From NCBI GenBank assembly GCA_041671485.1, contig JBAZBL010000001.1:23037-87036 (forward strand): 64,000 nucleotides of DNA. Direction: 5' to 3'. A model generated the notes under the pieces. The model made no database searches. It was not told the DNA's origin and saw only the letters and a program-made list of their open reading frames with translations. This document shows positions 63,206-64,000 of the stretch, one piece after another; position 1 is the stretch's first letter; the number at the start of each line of letters is the position of its first letter. The stretch is from Minisyncoccota bacterium (GTDB taxonomy: Bacteria; Patescibacteriota; Minisyncoccia; Phycocordibacterales; PALSA-1337). The position numbers and the translations under genes were made by a program.

Positions 63206-63448
63206 TTCGATGGAGATGAAGTCGCCAATCTAACATTACGCTTTAGAAATGATAAATCATTTGGTATAGATGCATTCAAATTTGCAGTATTTTTTGGCAG
63301 GAATGATGAAACATGGGCACCAGAAAAAGACGAAAAGATTTACTTCAAAGATTTCAAATTTTCTTTCTAAAAGATATCTAGTAACCTTTCTCACAATCAA
63401 AAAACCAGTATAAAACTGGTTTTTTGATTCACATAATGTGAGAGTATA

Positions 63449-63949
63449 CTATCCCTTGACCTCCGAATCTGCAGACGTAGTTGCGCGGAATATCTTCATG
63501 ATGACGCTGCCATTTTTGTCTTTGACAGTCGTATCTTTTGTAATGTCAAATAATCCATTACCATCGTCCTTATACATAACTGCATAGTATGTAGCACCAT
63601 CCAAGGTTGGTTCTGTAAGAGTAACTTTGCCTGGATTGATACCTACTGCAAATATAGTCTTACCAATAACCTTGCCCGGCTTACCTGCATCATCCTTTTG
63701 TACAACTACCCATGAAGGATTCTCTGCTTGTACAGATGATATATATACTACATCACCTGGGAATTGATCACTCATTATTATACGGTTTACAGGTTGAGTT
63801 GGTATTTCTGTATTTGGTGTTTCTGTAGTAACTGGAGCTTCGGTCTTTTTGCCACCAAAGACGAATATACCAATAATGATAAGTGCAATAATAACTATCA
63901 CAGTAACTACCCATTGCCATGTCTTCACACCATTTGTTTCTGGTTGCAT
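63449..63949 (-). CDS. Hypothetical membrane-anchored exported protein
   Basis: 166 aa. N-terminal TM ('WQWVVTVIVIIALIIIGIFVF') and a Thr/Pro linker. Confidence 0.5.
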   Translation of the reverse strand: MQPETNGVKTWQWVVTVIVIIALIIIGIFVFGGKKTEAPVTTETPNTEIPTQPVNRIIMSDQFPGDVVYISSVQAENPSWVVVQKDDAGKPGKVIGKTIFAVGINPGKVTLTEPTLDGATYYAVMYKDDGNGLFDITKDTTVKDKNGSVIMKIFRATTSADSEVKG

Positions 63950-64000
63950 TTTATTAAAATTATTTATAATTAACTGATAATTCGACTTTGTTTATTTTGC

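Noticed and set aside
1-64000. CRISPR array
   Set aside because: I found no regularly spaced direct repeats of 25-40 bp. The only tandem repeats are 7-8-bp units (AAATTTC, ATTCGTAT), and the dispersed palindromic elements lack array organisation.

Overview
This 64-kb window is AT-rich, compact, and has standard stop-codon usage. It looks like a small-genome, CPR/Patescibacteria-like bacterium; that assignment is inference from gene content and compactness, not a search result.

Layout along the window:
- 1-3.1 kb: a large, probably 5'-partial surface protein made of repeated Ig-like modules.
- 3.1-7.1 kb: a ribosomal/alpha cluster (infA-rpmJ-rpsM-rpsK-rpsD-rpoA-rplQ, with rplM-rpsI adjacent).
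- 7.1-7.9 kb: grpE, then an atypical tRNA-Pro(GGG) followed by duplicated tRNA 3' fragments.
- 7.9-11.1 kb: a membrane histidine kinase and zwf.
- 11.4-13.9 kb: a translationally coupled putative type II restriction-modification pair.
- 13.9-31 kb: DEAD-box helicase, a wHTH-GHKL ATPase, ychF, a very long LeuRS with two embedded extra domains, mltG, mnmA, clpB.
- 31-37 kb: tRNA-Tyr, alr, a noticeably GC-richer island encoding secreted proteins, rpmG, tRNA-Trp, miaA.
- 37-43.5 kb: a HigB/HigA-like toxin-antitoxin pair, tRNA-Leu(CAA), a C39-like peptidase, parB, topA, then a tRNA cluster (Lys, Leu-TAG, Cys, Leu-TAA) with a four-helix-bundle protein and a SAM methyltransferase between the tRNAs.
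- 43.5-54 kb: rbfA-infB, rmuC, rplU, recR, dnaB, cysS, corA, ctpA, rplI, rpmA.
- 54-64 kb: a cassette flanked by 128-bp direct repeats (NYN-domain protein and others), dinD, an M23 peptidase, gltX, a DUF3800 protein.

The most interesting signals:
1. Two small elements (about 155-160 bp) sit at the 3' ends of tRNA-Tyr and tRNA-Leu(TAA). They share a ~60-nt conserved core and each ends in a 20-bp duplicate of the tRNA 3' end. Their left arms are antisense to that 3' end and are split by a GC hairpin.
2. GC-rich palindromic miniature elements with terminal inverted repeats are inserted in-frame into housekeeping genes: one family in leuS, infB and topA, other types in topA, mnmA and miaA. This resembles Rickettsia palindromic elements.
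3. LeuRS carries embedded NUDIX and alpha/beta-hydrolase domains.
4. A 2.6-kb cassette is flanked by 128-bp direct repeats of a gene 3' end.
5. A 176-bp element has 30-bp perfect inverted termini.
6. A recurring 19-21-bp palindrome sits at several gene starts.

I found no CRISPR array and no obvious rRNA, RNase P or SRP RNA. The CRISPR statement comes from reading for regularly spaced repeats; the RNA statement is a negative from reading intergenic regions only.
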